The translations under genes and the position numbers were made by a program. From Phaeosaccion multiseriatum (Eukaryota > Protista > Ochrophyta, other classes), in contig OZ218956.1 of assembly GCA_965112735.1 (NCBI GenBank), positions 310,001 through 374,000 of the forward strand: a stretch of 64,000 bases of DNA, in the 5' to 3' direction. This document shows, piece by piece, positions 60,653 through 64,000 of this stretch. The first letter of the stretch is position 1. Every line of letters starts with the position of its first letter. The notes below the pieces were generated by a model. That model was not told the origin of the DNA. It saw only the letters and a list, made by a program, of their open reading frames with translations, and did not search any database.

Positions 60653-63581
60653 ATGCGAAGAGGGTATCCTTCGGGAGGGGACTGGGGGGGTGGGAGTGAT
60701 GCGGGCAGCGAAGGAGGAGGAGGAGGAGAAGGACAAGGGGGAGGAGGTGGCAAGAAACGAGACCGACGGAGAGCTGCTTGGGCGAGGCAAGGCAGCACCT
60801 GCTTTGTGAGTACGCACTGTGAGATTCCAGAGGGGATAGTATAGCTCTTTTGGGGATTGATCGCAGTTTCTTCCCCCAACTTCTGCCGAAGCGGGGTCTA
60901 AAGTGAACCAGCCCCCTCCCTAAAGTGAGCCAGCCCACTCTCTGCCTCTCCCCCCTCCTTTGCCCCCAGGTGATCACCATGCTGGTGTGTGGGGTGCTAG
61001 GCTTGGGAGCCATTCTTCACGCCCATCGAAGAGGCGCGGTCCCTGACTATAACACAGGAGGAGGAGGAGGAGGAGGAGGAGGAGGAGCAGGAGGAGCAAG
61101 GCCAAGGGAGGGGGCGGCGGGTGGGAGAGGCGGAGGGCTGGGGGAGAGGGTCCAGGTGAGGAAAAAAGAGGGGGGAGAGGGGGGGGCATCTTCACAGGCT
61201 TCACGGTTAGCTCCTCTTTTGATCCAACCTATGCAGTTGGTCTCTCTTCTTTTAGCCCCCTCTCTCCACCCCCCTCTCTCTCACCCCCCCCTCTCTCTCT
61301 CTCTGTATCTCTACCTCTTTCACCCTCTCCCTCCCTCCCTCCCTCCTCGCCGGACAGCAATACGCCCTTCCAACGAGTGTCACGCCTGGCGACTCCCCGA
61401 ATGAGGACAAGGACAAGGATAAGGAGGAGGATGGCCTGACTAACATTTTCCTGAACTGGAACTTCGACAGCGCAGACATGGTGCTGTACACATATCGCGC
61501 GCTGGAGTCCCTCCTGAGTGTCTACCCGGAGGCGGCGGTGCGGGTGATGACTGTGGGGCCGCAGTTTGCGCTCAAGTACAAATGGGCTAACGTCGGTGCG
61601 TGCGTGCGTGCGTGGGGAGGGAGGGATAGAGAGAAGAAGCAAACGGGACAGAGAGTGGAGAGTGCGTCTCACACTTGTCAGATAGATACGGGGGGACCCC
61701 GGGGGGGACCCCGAGCCTTGCTTGTTGTATGGGTATGCGTTCCTCTGTAGGCTGCCATTCATCGACGTGCACTGCCTGGAGTGTACTCTTTTGCTTCCCT
61801 GCTCTCTCCCTCTCTCTTTCTCTATTACTTCACTTCACCAATCAATCTCTCCCTCCCCCCCTTCATTGGTTCATTTCTCTCTCTCTCACCTCTACAGCGC
61901 CGTTTCCCCAGTTTCAGAAGTACGCAAAGCGCGGGTACAACCTCGGAGTATCTCTGTACTTCGGCCAGTGCCAGACCTACCCGGTTGAGTGGGCCGGCCA
62001 GGTGAAGACCGGCGGGGCAGCTGTATCACCAACTGCTGCTGCTGCTGCGGGGAATTCGAGCCAAGCGGAAGTGCACAGAATGTCCCCTATTGCTGCTGGA
62101 GGGGAAGGGGAAGGCGAAGGGGAAGAGGAAGGATACGAGGACGAGGGATGGGGCAGGCCCACGGAGCGGGTGGAGCGCCACCTGAATATACTTGGCAAGG
62201 CAGGCAAGTCCAAGGGGCAACGGGACAAGGCGCGGGACAGTGGGCAGGGGTCCAATCAGAGGAACGATAAGAAGAGCGAGGAGAGGACCAACCTGGACGG
62301 TTACACTCAGGTGGTGGGGGGGAGGGGCTACGAATGCAGGGGGCGGCTCAATCAGCTCAGGCAGGAGGAGGAGAGGAGGAAGGACAAGGAGACTAAGAGG
62401 GGCAAGCTCTTCGGTCCCGGAGGCCCTGCATTGGACAAGCAGGTGCGTGTGTGCGTGTGTGCGTGTGTGCGTGTGTGCGGGCGTGCGAGGGCTGTTGTTA
62501 ATTAGCTTGCTGGCGGCTTGACGGCTTGCTGGCTGAATGGCTGACGGACTGGCTGACTGGCTGACGGAATGGCTGACTGACTGACTGGCTGACTGACTCA
62601 CTGCCCCACTGACTGTCTGACTACCTCACTGCCTCACTGCCTAACTGAGTGGCTGACTGACTGACTGACTGACTGACTGACTGACTGACTGACTGACTGA
62701 CCGACTCAAACTGCGCAACTGCAAACTCCAAACTGTCACAGGTGTACGACTGCCCCGGGGCGAGGTGGTGGCGGGCAAGTGGCGGGCGCTTCTATGTAGG
62801 GGGGATGGCACTGTACGACTTCCAGGCAACACAAGACGCCCTACCAGACAGCTCCACCTTCCTCTTCTTGGGTGGGTCATTGAATGGGTCATTGGTTGGC
62901 CCACTCGTTGCCGTGATTGGGTCGTTAGGTGGCTTTGATTGGGTGGTCGAGTAGCTTGGGTGGTGCGCGGGTGATGGCTGGGGCAGTCGAAGAACCGCCT
63001 CACAACGCGGAAGGCGTTACACATGCGTTACATTAACGAAACGCGGAACACAACATACCCTGTACCTTCCATTGGACACGCACGCACTCACACGCGCACA
63101 CGCACACGTAGACGCACACGCACTCACGATCAGTCTCCCTTCCCCTCCCCCTGCCCTGCCCTGCCCTTTGACTTGGACGAATGCTTGGACAGCTTTCATG
63201 GAGCTGTACCGCCTCGGCGGAATGTTCGCGGACCTCACCACCTTCCATCTCCAGGCCCTCCCCAGGGGGGCAGTAGGGTACGCCACAGCTCGGAAACCAG
63301 TACTACCCGCATCGGTTCCGGACTGTTCCATTCCGACCACCCGCCGTCGGAAGCACCACCCTTTGCTGCTGCGGTACCCCCGGGGACACCCCGTCCCCAA
63401 GTGTATGTTGGAGGAATACGATGATGAGGAGTCCACCCTCGGGAGGTGTCTGAGGGACACGGGCACCCTGCCATTGCCACGCAGCGGGGAGGGGGACGAG
63501 GAGGGGGGAGGGATGGGAGGGAGAGAGAGCGGGGACGACGGCTTCGACTGTGTGGTGCAGGTGCTCGCTCAGTGTCATGAG
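60653..63581 (+). CDS. Type II membrane glycosyltransferase, GT32-like; 3' end lies beyond the window
   Basis: Short basic N-terminus and TM VITMLVCGVLGLGAIL; NIFLNW..YRALESLLSVYPEAAVRV; AFMELYRLGGMFADLT resembles the GT32 LYxxGGxYxDxD motif. Confidence 0.62.
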
Positions 63582-64000
63582 GTGAGGAGGAGGCTGGGGT
63601 GCCTGTGTTTGGGTACCCTTTAGTATGTGTGATTGGGTAGCTATACCTGTAACTTGTTTGGCAAGTATGTCCCTGTCTGGCCCTTCCCTTCTGTGCCTCC
63701 TACCCCATTCACTCCCTCCCTCCTTTCACTTCTTTCACTCACTCACTCACTCACTCACTCACTCATTCATCACTCAGTCCTAACTCACTCAGTCCTCACT
63801 CACTCACTCACTCCTCACCCACTCAAATACTCACTCACTCATACCTTGGCCCTTTTCGCTCCGTCCCCTCTTATCGTCTCCTCCCCTCCCCCTTCCCTCC
63901 CCCTCCCTCCCCTCCCCTCCCCTCCCCTCCCCTCCCCTCCCCTCCCCTCCCCTCCCCTCCCCTCCCCTCCCCTCCCCTCCCTCCCCTCCCTCGCTGTTGT

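Overview
GC-rich, intron-rich, microsatellite-dense eukaryotic nuclear DNA, most likely from a photosynthetic stramenopile (ochrophyte): three genes begin with a signal peptide followed by an ASAF-type plastid transit motif. Gene models were assembled by eye from GT-AG exons, so boundaries are approximate. In order: the 3' end of a membrane-protein gene, a coiled-coil gene, a Fuseless-family membrane protein, a plastid thioredoxin, a plastid alpha/beta hydrolase, a SIW14/PFA-DSP phosphatase, a plastid-targeted CrtI-type desaturase, a roughly 3,900-aa WD40/coiled-coil gene, two intronless TPR paralogues separated by a pseudogenised duplicate of part of that giant gene, PEX14 with an internal PUB domain, a divergent kinesin-3-like gene with a CaaX end, a Lys-rich hypothetical gene and a partial GT32-like glycosyltransferase. 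The most unusual signal is a short dispersed motif, (CAG)CAG-TTGGTGATA-CAG(CAG). It recurs about 20 times on both strands, inside exons of unrelated genes in several reading frames, forms a tandem array in one intron, and is present at one site but absent at the paralogous duplicated site.
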